This document shows positions 30,889-40,426 of a stretch of 64,000 bases of DNA, in pieces. Both the position numbers and the translations under genes were made by a program. Source of the DNA: an uncultured Solirubrobacteraceae bacterium. GTDB lineage: Bacteria > Actinomycetota > Thermoleophilia > Solirubrobacterales > Solirubrobacteraceae. The notes under the pieces are model-generated. The model saw only the letters and a list, made by a program, of their open reading frames with translations. It ran no database searches and had not been told where the DNA came from. The stretch covers positions 64,001 through 128,000 of the forward strand of contig CAZPQW010000002.1 of the NCBI GenBank assembly GCA_964588985.1, given 5' to 3'. Every line of letters starts with the position of its first letter. The first letter of the stretch is position 1.

Positions 30889-31746
30889 TCAGAGTTGCAC
30901 GACGGCGCCCTCGGCGGCGACGGTGACGGTGGGCCCGTCCTCGCCGGGCGTGTCGCGCCCGAGCCGCTGCGCCAGCTGGTCTAGCGCATCGTCGCTGCGG
31001 TCGTAGCGGTGATGGAAGAGGGCGACGGAGCGCGCGTGGGCGCGGCTGGCGAGCTCGACAGCGTAGTCGGCTACGGAGTGTCCGAAGCTCGCCTCGGCGG
31101 CGAGCTCGTGGGGAAACAGCTGGGCGTCGTGTACGAGCAGGTCGGCCTCGTGCGCGAGCTCGAGGGCGGCGGGGTGGTACTGGCCGAAGCCGTGCTCGCC
31201 TGGGCCGAGCATCGTGGGGCAGTGGTCGGGCATGTAGGCGAGCGTGGAGCGCCGGTCGCTGATGCGGTAGCCAAACGTGCGCCCGCCCTTGTGCGGGATC
31301 TCGCGCACGAGCACGGTGAAGCCCTCGATGGCGTGCTCTCCCGGTCCGACGTTGTCGAACGTCCACTCGCCCCGCAGCTGGGCGGGCCGGATGGGGAAGT
31401 AGGGCGGGGACATGATGTGCTCGAGCACGCTGACGGCGTCGCGACGGTCCTCCTGCTCGGGCAGTAAAACGGTGGTCTTGGCGTCGGGACGGTCGCCCGC
31501 GGCGAAGAACGGCAGCTCGAGCATGTGGTCCCAGTGAAGGTGGGTGAGCAGGATGGTGCCGGTGAACGGCTGGCCGTCGAGCGCGCGCGTGACGGCGCGC
31601 AGCCCAATGCCGGCGTCGAGCACGAGCGTGGGCGTGTCGCTGTTGTCATGCGACAGCGCCAGGCAGCAGGTGTGCCCGCCGTAGCGCACGTAGTCGATGC
31701 CCGGCGCCGGGGTGGATCCCCGCACGCCGCAGAAGCGAACCTGCAT
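30889..31746 (-). CDS. MBL-fold metallo-hydrolase (putative cyclic nucleotide phosphodiesterase)
   Basis: GVRGSTP, YGGHT, LDAG.G, THLHWDH, HDAQ, GHS, LFHH. Confidence 0.88.
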   Translation of the reverse strand: MQVRFCGVRGSTPAPGIDYVRYGGHTCCLALSHDNSDTPTLVLDAGIGLRAVTRALDGQPFTGTILLTHLHWDHMLELPFFAAGDRPDAKTTVLLPEQEDRRDAVSVLEHIMSPPYFPIRPAQLRGEWTFDNVGPGEHAIEGFTVLVREIPHKGGRTFGYRISDRRSTLAYMPDHCPTMLGPGEHGFGQYHPAALELAHEADLLVHDAQLFPHELAAEASFGHSVADYAVELASRAHARSVALFHHRYDRSDDALDQLAQRLGRDTPGEDGPTVTVAAEGAVVQL

Positions 31747-31768
31747 GCGGGAGCATTATTACCGGTGC

Positions 31769-33544
31769 TCAGGCCGCAATCGTCCAAACCGGCACTGGCT
31801 CGACGCGTCCGCGCACCTCGAGCTGACCGACGAGCACCAGCTCGTCGGGCGGGTGCCGCATACGCTCGCGGGTGGTGTCGGCGACGAACAGCATGTGCCC
31901 GCTGCCCTTGGTCATGCCCTCCAGGCGCGAGGCGGTGTTGGTGGTGTCGCCGAGCGCGGTGTACTCCACGCGCCGCTCGGAGCCGATGTTGCCGGCCATG
32001 ACGGGGCCGCTGTTGAGCCCGACGCCCATCGCGAATTTGTGCTCGTGGCCCTGCTCGGCGATCCACGCGTTGAAGGCATCTAGGCGCGGACCGATCATCT
32101 CGGTTGCTGCCGTGAGCGCGCGGTCGGCGTGATCGGACTGCTCGAGCGGCGCGCCGAACACGGCCATGATGCCGTCGCCCATATATGAGATGAGCGTCCC
32201 GCCAGCGGCGAGGATCGCCTCGGTCATCTCGTTGAGGTAGCAGTTGACGACCTCGATCACGCGCGTGGCGGGCAGTTTCTCGGAGAAGCTCGTGAATCCC
32301 CGCAGATCGGAGAACAGCACCGTGCAGTCGCGTTCAACGGCGCCGAGGCGCAGGTTGTCGCCGGCGCTCGCCACCACCTGGTCGACGACGTCGGCAGGCA
32401 CGAAGCGCGCGAACAGGTCGTGTACGCGCGCGCGCTCGATCGTCTCCACGACGTAGAGGACGGCGAGCGTTCCCAGCGTCCCCACCGCCAGCGCGAGCAG
32501 CGGGTATACGAAAGTGACGAGCCAACCGCTGTCGAAGGCGATCTGCACCGTGATCGTGAACACCACGGCCAGCGCCAGTGCGTCCAGCAGCGAACGCCAC
32601 TGGCGCAGGCGCAGGCTGCTGATCGGGATCACCATCCCGAGGAGCAAGATCATCAGGATGTCGAGCCATCCGGGTGCATCTCTGAGCGGCTGGTCTGCCA
32701 GCAGCGTAGCCGTCGCGTTTGCCCAGATTTCAGGTCCTGGCATCAACACACTGCCGGTAGTCGCCGTGGCGTGCTGATCCTGGAGGATTGGCGAGGAGGC
32801 GCCGACGATCGCCAGCTTGTCGCGAAAAAAGCCAGCAGGAAAGTCCCCGCGCATCACCCTGGCGTAGGAGATCGAATGAAACGTTTCAGACGGCCCGGCG
32901 AAGTAGATCGGGAGGCTGCCGTGTTCGAACGTCGACGCCGGGATCTGGCGCCCGGTCATCACTTCGGTCGCCACCACTGGAAAGCTTCCCAGGCCGCTGT
33001 ATTCGCGTTCGAAGCGACGCACCGCTCCGTCGCTGTCGAGGGTCAGTCGCACCTCCGCCGGCCGTGCTCCCAGTTCATGCAGCAACGGTTCTCCTCCGAA
33101 GATCTTCGTGCCGCCACGTGGTTTGCTGAACACGGTACTCGTGCCAAGCACGACTTTGCCGTGAGCGCGCCCGACTGCTTCGACGAGAGCGTCGTCTTCG
33201 GCTTCGTTGGTCCTCTGTGTGAATTCCATGTCGATCGCGATCGCCTTGGCGCCCGCGCGCCTGAGCCGGTCGACGACCTCGGCGTCATACCGCCGCGGCA
33301 GCGGCGATCGGAACTCGAGCCCATGTTCAGACAGTTCCTTTTCAGCTTCTAGGCTTATCTGCACGAATACGATGTTCGACGGTGGCTGCTTCGTGCCCCG
33401 GATCGAGAACCGCGCGTCGATCGTCTGCAGTTCGCTGCGCTGCAGCACTTCCGTGGCGTAGCCGAGCACGCCAATGCCGCCAGCGAGCACGGCTACGCTC
33501 AGCAGGAGGATCGTCTTGCGGCGCTGTCTGTGCGTACCGGCCAT
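31769..33544 (-). CDS. CHASE2-domain class III nucleotide cyclase
   Basis: DARFSIRG, LDSDGAVRR, MPGPEIWANA (CHASE2), 3 TMs, LFSDLRGFT, GDGIMAVFGAP, YTALGDTTNTASRLE. Confidence 0.92.
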   Translation of the reverse strand: MAGTHRQRRKTILLLSVAVLAGGIGVLGYATEVLQRSELQTIDARFSIRGTKQPPSNIVFVQISLEAEKELSEHGLEFRSPLPRRYDAEVVDRLRRAGAKAIAIDMEFTQRTNEAEDDALVEAVGRAHGKVVLGTSTVFSKPRGGTKIFGGEPLLHELGARPAEVRLTLDSDGAVRRFEREYSGLGSFPVVATEVMTGRQIPASTFEHGSLPIYFAGPSETFHSISYARVMRGDFPAGFFRDKLAIVGASSPILQDQHATATTGSVLMPGPEIWANATATLLADQPLRDAPGWLDILMILLLGMVIPISSLRLRQWRSLLDALALAVVFTITVQIAFDSGWLVTFVYPLLALAVGTLGTLAVLYVVETIERARVHDLFARFVPADVVDQVVASAGDNLRLGAVERDCTVLFSDLRGFTSFSEKLPATRVIEVVNCYLNEMTEAILAAGGTLISYMGDGIMAVFGAPLEQSDHADRALTAATEMIGPRLDAFNAWIAEQGHEHKFAMGVGLNSGPVMAGNIGSERRVEYTALGDTTNTASRLEGMTKGSGHMLFVADTTRERMRHPPDELVLVGQLEVRGRVEPVPVWTIAA

Positions 33545-33629
33545 CTCAGCGCTCTCCTGTCACGATCTTCGCCCCGGGCGTGCTGATGCTATCCGCAAGA
33601 GCACCGGCTCTGCTACGTTGCCGCACACG

Positions 33630-35180
33630 ATGTCCTCGGTCCGTGCTCTCAGGCATCGCGTGCAGGTGGGGATCGGTCTTGCGTTGGCGTTTACGGCGTG
33701 TGGGCTGGCGGGCGTGCTAGCCGTGCCTGCGACGAGCCTTGCCGCAGCGGACGCGAATTTCGTCGGCTATTGGGAAGACCCCCCGGCCCTGGGATACGCG
33801 CCCTTCACGATCACCTCGGAGAACTTCGTCACCGGCGAATGTGTCGGGACGTCGATCCCCGGCTACCTGCTCACCGGCTGCAAGGTGACTGGACAAGCTT
33901 ACGAATTCGTGATCGAAACGGAAGGCGGGGGCTACAGGTCGTTCAACAAGGGCACGATCGAAGGCAACAAGGCGACCGGCTCGTTCAACGACGGCACAGA
34001 ACACCAATACACCGCCACACGGCTGGTCAATCTCACCGGCACATGGGTGGCCGTGTATCACTGCGAATCAGGGGAATGCAAGGGACAGAGCTTCCCCGCG
34101 ATCGACACGCTGAGCCAAGCCGAAGGCTCGAGCTCGGTGACGGGAGCAAATGAAGGCGAAAGCATCTCCGGCACGGTGAGTGGACAAAGCTTCGAATACC
34201 ACAGCGGCACGGTCGGCGGATCCACATCCGAAGCGACCCTCACCGTCTCTGAAGACGGGCTGTCCTGGGAAGGCGCGTTGCAGGACAGCAACCACACCAG
34301 CGGTAAATACACCGCAACCAGGCTGCCGAGCGTATCATCGGTGAGCCCGAGCTCTGGGAGTGCGCTCGGCGGGACGGCGGTGACGATCACAGGTGGTGGG
34401 TTCAGTGCTGGCGCGACCGTGAGCTTCGGCTCCAGCTCGGCGTCGAGTGTGACGGTGAACTCCACCGGCTCGATCACCGCAACCAGCCCGGCGGGCGCCG
34501 GCACGGTGGACGTGACCGTCACGACCTCCGCCGGAACATCCGCGACGACGCCGGGCGATCGATTCACCTACATCGCCCCCGCGATCACGCCCCCCGCTCC
34601 CCTCCCCGAAGTCGCGTTCACCCCGCCGCCGAAGCTCGGGGTTACCGGCAACGTGGCGCCGGTGTCTGGCACTGTGCTTCTGCGTCTGCACGGCAGCGCT
34701 TCGTTCGTCGCGCTGTCCTCGCTGCGCCAGATCCCGTTCGGGTCGGTCATCGACGTGACACACGGCAGGGTCAGCGTCACGACCGCTGCGCCGCACGGCG
34801 GCACCCAGACAGGTGAATTCTTCGAGGGCGAGTTCGTGTTGACGCAGGGCCGCAACGGGCTGGTCGTGGCGGCCCTGACGGGCGGCGACTTCTCGGTGTG
34901 CCCGACGGCCCGTGAGCGGGCTCACAAGGCGCGAGCGAGCGCGGCGCACGTGTCGGGCAAACACGTGGTGCGCAAACTGTGGGCCAACGCGCACGGAAGC
35001 TTCTCGACGAAGGGCAACTACGCTGCGGGCGCGGTCGCGGGCACCGAATGGCTGACCGAGGACCTCTGCGATGGCACCGTGATTCGCGTCACGCGCGACA
35101 AGGTCGCTGTGACGAACCTCGTCAACCACCACCACGCAATGGTCAAGGTCGGGCACCGCTATCTCGCCAAGGCGCCCTGA
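33630..35180 (+). CDS. Secreted multidomain protein: two beta repeats, IPT/TIG domain, Pro linker, FecR-like C-terminal domain
   Basis: Signal peptide; two repeats ending YTATR; PSVSSVSPSSG...GGTAVTITG.GF; AVAGTEW...DGTVIRVT. Confidence 0.75.
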   Translation: MSSVRALRHRVQVGIGLALAFTACGLAGVLAVPATSLAAADANFVGYWEDPPALGYAPFTITSENFVTGECVGTSIPGYLLTGCKVTGQAYEFVIETEGGGYRSFNKGTIEGNKATGSFNDGTEHQYTATRLVNLTGTWVAVYHCESGECKGQSFPAIDTLSQAEGSSSVTGANEGESISGTVSGQSFEYHSGTVGGSTSEATLTVSEDGLSWEGALQDSNHTSGKYTATRLPSVSSVSPSSGSALGGTAVTITGGGFSAGATVSFGSSSASSVTVNSTGSITATSPAGAGTVDVTVTTSAGTSATTPGDRFTYIAPAITPPAPLPEVAFTPPPKLGVTGNVAPVSGTVLLRLHGSASFVALSSLRQIPFGSVIDVTHGRVSVTTAAPHGGTQTGEFFEGEFVLTQGRNGLVVAALTGGDFSVCPTARERAHKARASAAHVSGKHVVRKLWANAHGSFSTKGNYAAGAVAGTEWLTEDLCDGTVIRVTRDKVAVTNLVNHHHAMVKVGHRYLAKAP

Positions 35181-35183
35181 GGT

Positions 35184-37001
35184 GTGAGCGGCTATCTGCC
35201 CATCGCCGAGCACGGGCTGATCGGCGACCTGCACTCGATCGCGCTCGTCGGCACGAACGCGACGATCGACTGGTACTGCGCCCCGCGGGTCGACTCTCCG
35301 AGCGTGTTCGGCGCGATCCTCGATGCCGGCAAGGGCGGTCATTGGCGCCTGAGCCCCGACTGTGCGGTGAGCACCACCAAGCAGCTCTACTTCCCCGACA
35401 CGAACGTCCTCATCACGCGTTTCCTCACGCCCGAGGGGGTGGGCGAGATCGAGGACTTCATGCCTGTCGGGCAGACCCGCGCCGGGGGCGCTCACCGCCA
35501 GCGCGTGGTGCGTCGTGTGTTGGCGGTGCGCGGCAGCATCGGCTTCCACACCGAGATCGCGCCGCGGTTCGATTACGGGCGCGCGGCGCATGAGATCGAT
35601 CGTCACGAGCACGGGGTGGTGTTCCGCACCCCGGATCTCTCGCTGCAGCTCGAGACGGACGTCCCGATCGAGCTGCACGACGGCGCCGCGCGGGCACACT
35701 TTCACCTGCAGGCCGGCGAAAGCACCACCTTCGTGCTCGAGACGCTGCCCCCTGGGTCGAACGCTCCCGCTGGGCACACCGACGCCGAGATCGCGGAGCT
35801 GTTCGAGCGGACGGTCGCCTACTGGCGCCGCTGGCTGGCGCAGTCACGCTACACGGGACGCTGGCGCGAGATGGTTCACCGCTCGGCGCTTACCCTCAAG
35901 CTGCTGACTTACGAGCCGACGGGAGCGATCATCGCGGCCCCGACCACGAGCCTGCCCGAGGAGCTCGGCGGCGAGCGCAACTGGGACTACCGCTACACGT
36001 GGATCCGTGACGCGGCGTTCTCGCTGTACGCGCTGCTGCGCCTGGGGTTCGCGGAGGAGGCGTCGGCGTTCATGCAGTGGCTGACCCTGCGCCTCTCCGA
36101 CGAGCGCGACCGCGGGCACGGGTTGGGGCCGCTGCAGATCATGTATGGCATCGATGGTCGCCGTGAGTTGCCGGAGACGATCCTCGGACATTGGGAGGGA
36201 TACCGGGGCTCGGCGCCGGTGCGGATCGGCAACGGCGCCGCCGACCAGCTCCAGCTGGACATTTACGGCGAGCTGATCGACTCGGTGTACCTCTACAACA
36301 AGCACAGCACCCCGATCTACCACGAGGCGTGGGAGCATCTCAGCCGCATCGTGGACTGGGTGTGCGATAACTGGGATCAGGCTGACGAGGGGATCTGGGA
36401 GGTGCGCGGGGGACGCCAGAACTTCACCTACTCACGCCTGATGTCGTGGGTGGCGGTCGAGCGCGCCGTGCGCATCGCCAACCAGCGTGGGCTTCCCGCC
36501 GAGCTCGAGCGCTGGCGCTCCGCACGCGACGCGATCTATCGCCAGATCATGACCCGCGGCTGGAACGAGGGTCGTGGAGCGTTCGTCCAGCACTACGACA
36601 CCGACGTACTCGACGCGTCGCTGCTGCTGATGCCGCTCGTGAAGTTCATCGCGCCAACTGACCCCCGCTGGATTTCGACTATGAACGAGATATCTCACGA
36701 GCTCGTCTCCGACAGCCTCGTCTATCGCTACAACACGACGACCGCCGCCGCCGACGGTCTTCGCGGGGAGGAGGGCACCTTCTCGATCTGCTCGTTCTGG
36801 TACGTGGAGGCGCTCGCCCGCGCCGGTCGCCTCGACGATGCGCGCCTGGCGCTGGAGAAGATGTTCACCTACGCCAACCACCTCGGGCTCTACGCCGAGG
36901 AGATCGGCCCCACTGGCGAGCAGCTCGGCAACTTCCCGCAGGCATTCACCCACCTCGCGCTGATCAGCGCGGCGGCGAACCTCGATCGGGCCCTGGGGTA
37001 G
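35184..37001 (+). CDS. Glycoside hydrolase family 15 (glucoamylase/trehalase-like)
   Basis: [50 protein letters not shown]. Confidence 0.95.
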   Translation: MSGYLPIAEHGLIGDLHSIALVGTNATIDWYCAPRVDSPSVFGAILDAGKGGHWRLSPDCAVSTTKQLYFPDTNVLITRFLTPEGVGEIEDFMPVGQTRAGGAHRQRVVRRVLAVRGSIGFHTEIAPRFDYGRAAHEIDRHEHGVVFRTPDLSLQLETDVPIELHDGAARAHFHLQAGESTTFVLETLPPGSNAPAGHTDAEIAELFERTVAYWRRWLAQSRYTGRWREMVHRSALTLKLLTYEPTGAIIAAPTTSLPEELGGERNWDYRYTWIRDAAFSLYALLRLGFAEEASAFMQWLTLRLSDERDRGHGLGPLQIMYGIDGRRELPETILGHWEGYRGSAPVRIGNGAADQLQLDIYGELIDSVYLYNKHSTPIYHEAWEHLSRIVDWVCDNWDQADEGIWEVRGGRQNFTYSRLMSWVAVERAVRIANQRGLPAELERWRSARDAIYRQIMTRGWNEGRGAFVQHYDTDVLDASLLLMPLVKFIAPTDPRWISTMNEISHELVSDSLVYRYNTTTAAADGLRGEEGTFSICSFWYVEALARAGRLDDARLALEKMFTYANHLGLYAEEIGPTGEQLGNFPQAFTHLALISAAANLDRALG

Positions 37002-37012
37002 GTTATGCCGCG

Positions 37013-37498
37013 ATGAGTCCGGACTTCGCGGCGAGCTTCTTCAACTACGAGTCCGTCGAGGTCCACGAGCGTTCCGAGGATCTCGCGCTGCTCGCCGGCC
37101 GCCCGCAGTCCGACTGGGCGAAGGTCCTCGCCCACACCGAGACGCGCCGCTTCTCGCGTGATGAGACGATCATCTCGGCCGGTGAGAAAGACCGCGCGCT
37201 GTATCTGCTCACCGAGGGCACGCTCGGCGTGCGCCTGGACGCGGACACGGACAGGACGTTCAAGGCGATCGACGCCCCGTCGGTGGTGGGCGAGGTTGCG
37301 TTCCTGGACGGCGGTCCGCGCTCGGCGACGCTGTTCGCGATCACCGACGGCGAGCTGCTGCGCCTGCGCATGGAGAGCTTCGAAACGCTCGCGGCCCGCG
37401 AGCCGGAGCTGGGCCGCGCGATCCTGTTCGACCTCGCGCGCATCGTCACCGCCCGTCTGCGCCTGGCGAGCGACGTCATCGCCCGGACGGGGGGATGA
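37013..37498 (+). CDS. Stand-alone cyclic nucleotide-binding domain protein
   Basis: Phosphate-binding cassette GEVAFLDGGPRSAT; no HTH. Confidence 0.9.
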   Translation: MSPDFAASFFNYESVEVHERSEDLALLAGRPQSDWAKVLAHTETRRFSRDETIISAGEKDRALYLLTEGTLGVRLDADTDRTFKAIDAPSVVGEVAFLDGGPRSATLFAITDGELLRLRMESFETLAAREPELGRAILFDLARIVTARLRLASDVIARTGG

Positions 37499-40149
37499 AC
37501 ATGGCGAGCACCACGACGTCTGCCAACCCATTCCCGAACTACACCCAGCTTCCTCGGCGCCTGCCGATCTGGGCGTGGCACGTCGGTCGTGTGCTGAGCG
37601 TGTGCTCGGCGATCGGGCTGTGCATCCTGCTCCTCGTCAAGCCGAACAAAGGGCTGGAACTGTGGTGGAGGCTCGCGATCCCGTCGCTGCCGCTGCTGTG
37701 GCTCACCGCCCCCGGGCTGTGGCGCAACCTCTGTCCGCTGGCCGCGTCCAACCAAACCCCTCGTCTCTTCAAGCTCACCCGCGGGCTGACGATCCCCGAC
37801 TGGTATCGCGAGTACGCGCCGGTGGTGGGGATGACCGCGTTCATCGTCTTGGTGGCGTCGCGCGAGCCGCTGCTGAACACGAGCGGCGTCGCGACGGCGG
37901 TATTGATCGGCTCCTCGCTCGTGGGCGCGCTGACGGGCGGCGTGGTGTTCAAGGGCAAGAGCGGCTGGTGCAGCTCGCTGTGCCCGCTGCTGCCGGTGCA
38001 GCGCATCTACGGGCAGACGCCCTTCGCGACGGTCCCCAACTCGCACTGCCAGCCGTGCGTGGGGTGCACGAAGAACTGCTACGACTTCAACCCGCGCGTG
38101 GCGTACCTCGCGGACCTCTACGAGGACGACCGCCACTACACGGGCTATCGCAAGTTCTTCGTCGGCTGCTTCCCCGGCCTGATCCTGTGCTATTTCACGC
38201 TGCCCGAGCACATCTCGGCGGCCTCCGACTACGGGCGCTTCGCGCTCTACATCGCCGCGAGCGCGGGCAGCTTCTTCCTCGCCGAGGCGCTCCTGAAGGT
38301 GACGGTCAACAAGATCACAGCCGTGTACGGAGCGGTGGCGATCAGCCTGTTCTACTGGTACTCCTCGAAGGTGCTCGCCGGCACCCTTACCGGCAGCGAG
38401 AGCACGGCATGGTTCGTATGGGGGTTGCGCGGCGTTGTGTGGGTGCTGGCGGCGGTGTGGCTGGTGCGCACGTGGCGCAAGGAGGCCGTGTTCGTCGAGC
38501 AGGCGACCGCGCCGCCGCCTGTGCGCCTCGGAGACGAGGCGCTCGATGCCGCTCGCGCGCAGCAGGCGGGCAATCCCGAGATCACGTTCGAGCCGAGCGG
38601 CCTGCGCCTGGTGGCGAAGCCCGGGGCGACCCTGCTCGATCTCGCGGAGAGCGGCGAGCAGCCCGTCGAGGCGGGCTGCCGGATGGGCGTGTGCGGTGCT
38701 GACCCGGTGTGCGTGGTCTCGGGAATGGAGAACCTGTCGCCGGTCTCCGGCGATGAGCAGGCGACGCTCGAGCGCCTCGGCTATGCCGAGAGCACACGCA
38801 TGGCCTGCTGTGCGCGGGTCAATGGACCGGTCACGATCTCGCTGACGCCAGAGCGGGCGGGTGCGGTGGCGCCGAAGCGTGTCGAGGGCTTCGAGTACGA
38901 CCCTGAGGTGACGCGCGTGGTGGTCGTGGGCAACGGCATCGCTGGCGTGACCGCCGCCGACCACGTCCGCCGCCGCCACCCGGACTGTCAGATCGACGTT
39001 GTCGCCAACGAGCCGTATCCGCTGTACAACCGGATGGGGATCGGTCGCCTCGTGTACGGCAGCTCGGCGATGATCGGGCTGCAGCTGCTGCCCGACTCGT
39101 GGTACGAGGACAACAAGGTCACGTGTTGGCTGAACACCTTCGCCACCAGCCTGGACCGCGAGCGCCGGGAGCTGACGCTCGGCACGGGTGAGAAGCTCCC
39201 CTACGACCGCCTGATCCTCGCGACCGGCAGCGACTCGTTCGTGCCACCGATCGAGGGCTACGGCGCGCCGGGCACGTTCGTGCTGCGCCGCGCCGCCGAC
39301 GCGTTCGGCATTCGCACGTTCGCGCAGGAGCACGGCGCCGAGCACGCGGTCATCGCCGGCGGCGGGCTGCTCGGCCTCGAGGCGGCGTACGCGCTGCACA
39401 AGATCGGGCTGCACGTGACCGTGCTCGAGCGCGGTAAGACGCTGCTCTCGCGCCAGCTCGACGAGCGCGCGGCGGAGATGCTGCGCGACTACCTCGAGGG
39501 CCTGGGGCTGCACATCATGCTGGCGAGTGAGACCGCGTCGCTGCACGCTGGCGAGAGCAACGGCCGTCCGGGTCGCCTGCGCGAGGTCCGCCTGCGCGAC
39601 GGGCGCAGCCTGCCCGCCGACCTGTTCCTCGTGGCCGCGGGCATCGTGCCGCTGGTGGAGCTCGCGCGCGAGTCGGGCCTGGAGGTTGCCAGGGGCGTGG
39701 TCGTGGACGATGCTCTGGCGACGAGCGATCCCCGCGTGTTCGCGGTCGGCGACGTGGCCGAGCACCGCGGGCGAACGTACGGCCTGTGGCCCGCGGCGGT
39801 CGAGCAGGGGGAGATCGCCGCCGAGAACGCGTTGGGTGGCACGCGCGCCTACGAGGGAACGGTGCCCGTCACGATGCTGAAGGTCGTCGGCGTCGACCTG
39901 CTCTCGATCGGACGCTTCCAGCCGCAGGATGGCGACACCGTGATCGCGATCGAGGACTCCGAGGAGCACAGCTATCGCAAGCTTGTGATCGCCGACGATC
40001 GGATCGTGGGCGCGATCCTGATCGCCCGCCAACAGGACGCCCCCCATGTCACCGACGCGGTCAAGGATGCTCGCGACGTGTCCGCCCTCGTGCCAGATCT
40101 GGAACGAGGCGCGTGGGACGTGCTGGCACAGGAGCCGGTCCCCGCGTAG
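37495..40149 (+). CDS. Membrane Fe-S protein fused to 2Fe-2S ferredoxin and NirB-like FAD/NAD(P)H oxidoreductase
   Basis: TM region with LCPL, WCSSLCP, CQPCVGCTKNC; GCRMGVCGAD...RMACC; GNGIAG, GGGLLGLE, AVGD. Confidence 0.85.
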   Translation: MNMASTTTSANPFPNYTQLPRRLPIWAWHVGRVLSVCSAIGLCILLLVKPNKGLELWWRLAIPSLPLLWLTAPGLWRNLCPLAASNQTPRLFKLTRGLTIPDWYREYAPVVGMTAFIVLVASREPLLNTSGVATAVLIGSSLVGALTGGVVFKGKSGWCSSLCPLLPVQRIYGQTPFATVPNSHCQPCVGCTKNCYDFNPRVAYLADLYEDDRHYTGYRKFFVGCFPGLILCYFTLPEHISAASDYGRFALYIAASAGSFFLAEALLKVTVNKITAVYGAVAISLFYWYSSKVLAGTLTGSESTAWFVWGLRGVVWVLAAVWLVRTWRKEAVFVEQATAPPPVRLGDEALDAARAQQAGNPEITFEPSGLRLVAKPGATLLDLAESGEQPVEAGCRMGVCGADPVCVVSGMENLSPVSGDEQATLERLGYAESTRMACCARVNGPVTISLTPERAGAVAPKRVEGFEYDPEVTRVVVVGNGIAGVTAADHVRRRHPDCQIDVVANEPYPLYNRMGIGRLVYGSSAMIGLQLLPDSWYEDNKVTCWLNTFATSLDRERRELTLGTGEKLPYDRLILATGSDSFVPPIEGYGAPGTFVLRRAADAFGIRTFAQEHGAEHAVIAGGGLLGLEAAYALHKIGLHVTVLERGKTLLSRQLDERAAEMLRDYLEGLGLHIMLASETASLHAGESNGRPGRLREVRLRDGRSLPADLFLVAAGIVPLVELARESGLEVARGVVVDDALATSDPRVFAVGDVAEHRGRTYGLWPAAVEQGEIAAENALGGTRAYEGTVPVTMLKVVGVDLLSIGRFQPQDGDTVIAIEDSEEHSYRKLVIADDRIVGAILIARQQDAPHVTDAVKDARDVSALVPDLERGAWDVLAQEPVPA

Positions 40150-40211
40150 GGCTCGTCTTCGGCCCGCTGCCCGGCTGGCTCTGAGCGCCCCCGATGGGGT
40201 AGGATCCAGAC

Positions 40212-40389
40212 GTTCATAACGGTCGGTGGCCAAGGGAAGCCGGTGAGAATCCGGCGCGGACCCGCCACTGTGACCGGGGATGCCCACCGTTGCACGTCAG
40301 CTTGGCGTGCGGCCACTGACTCCGCCCTTCGGCGGAGACGGGAAGGCTCGGAGGGGTAGGCCCGGCAGCCAGGAGACCTGCCTCCGACC
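40212..40389 (+). ncRNA. Cobalamin riboswitch
   Basis: AGGGAAGCCGGTGAGAATCCGGCGCGGACCCGCCACTGTGA...GCCACTG...GGGAAGG...GCCAGGAGACCTGCC; GGTCGG/CCGACC closing stem; TAGGAT box at 40200; SD-sequestering hairpin at about 40402-40419. Confidence 0.96.
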
Positions 40390-40426
40390 GCAAGCCCACA
40401 AGCCCTCGTGGAAAGGGGTCGGCTCC

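Noticed and set aside
30889-37498. Pycsar/CBASS-type antiphage system (cyclase, cNMP protein, MBL)
   Set aside because: The cyclase is a CHASE2 membrane sensor and the cNMP protein has no TIR or TM effector; signalling fits better
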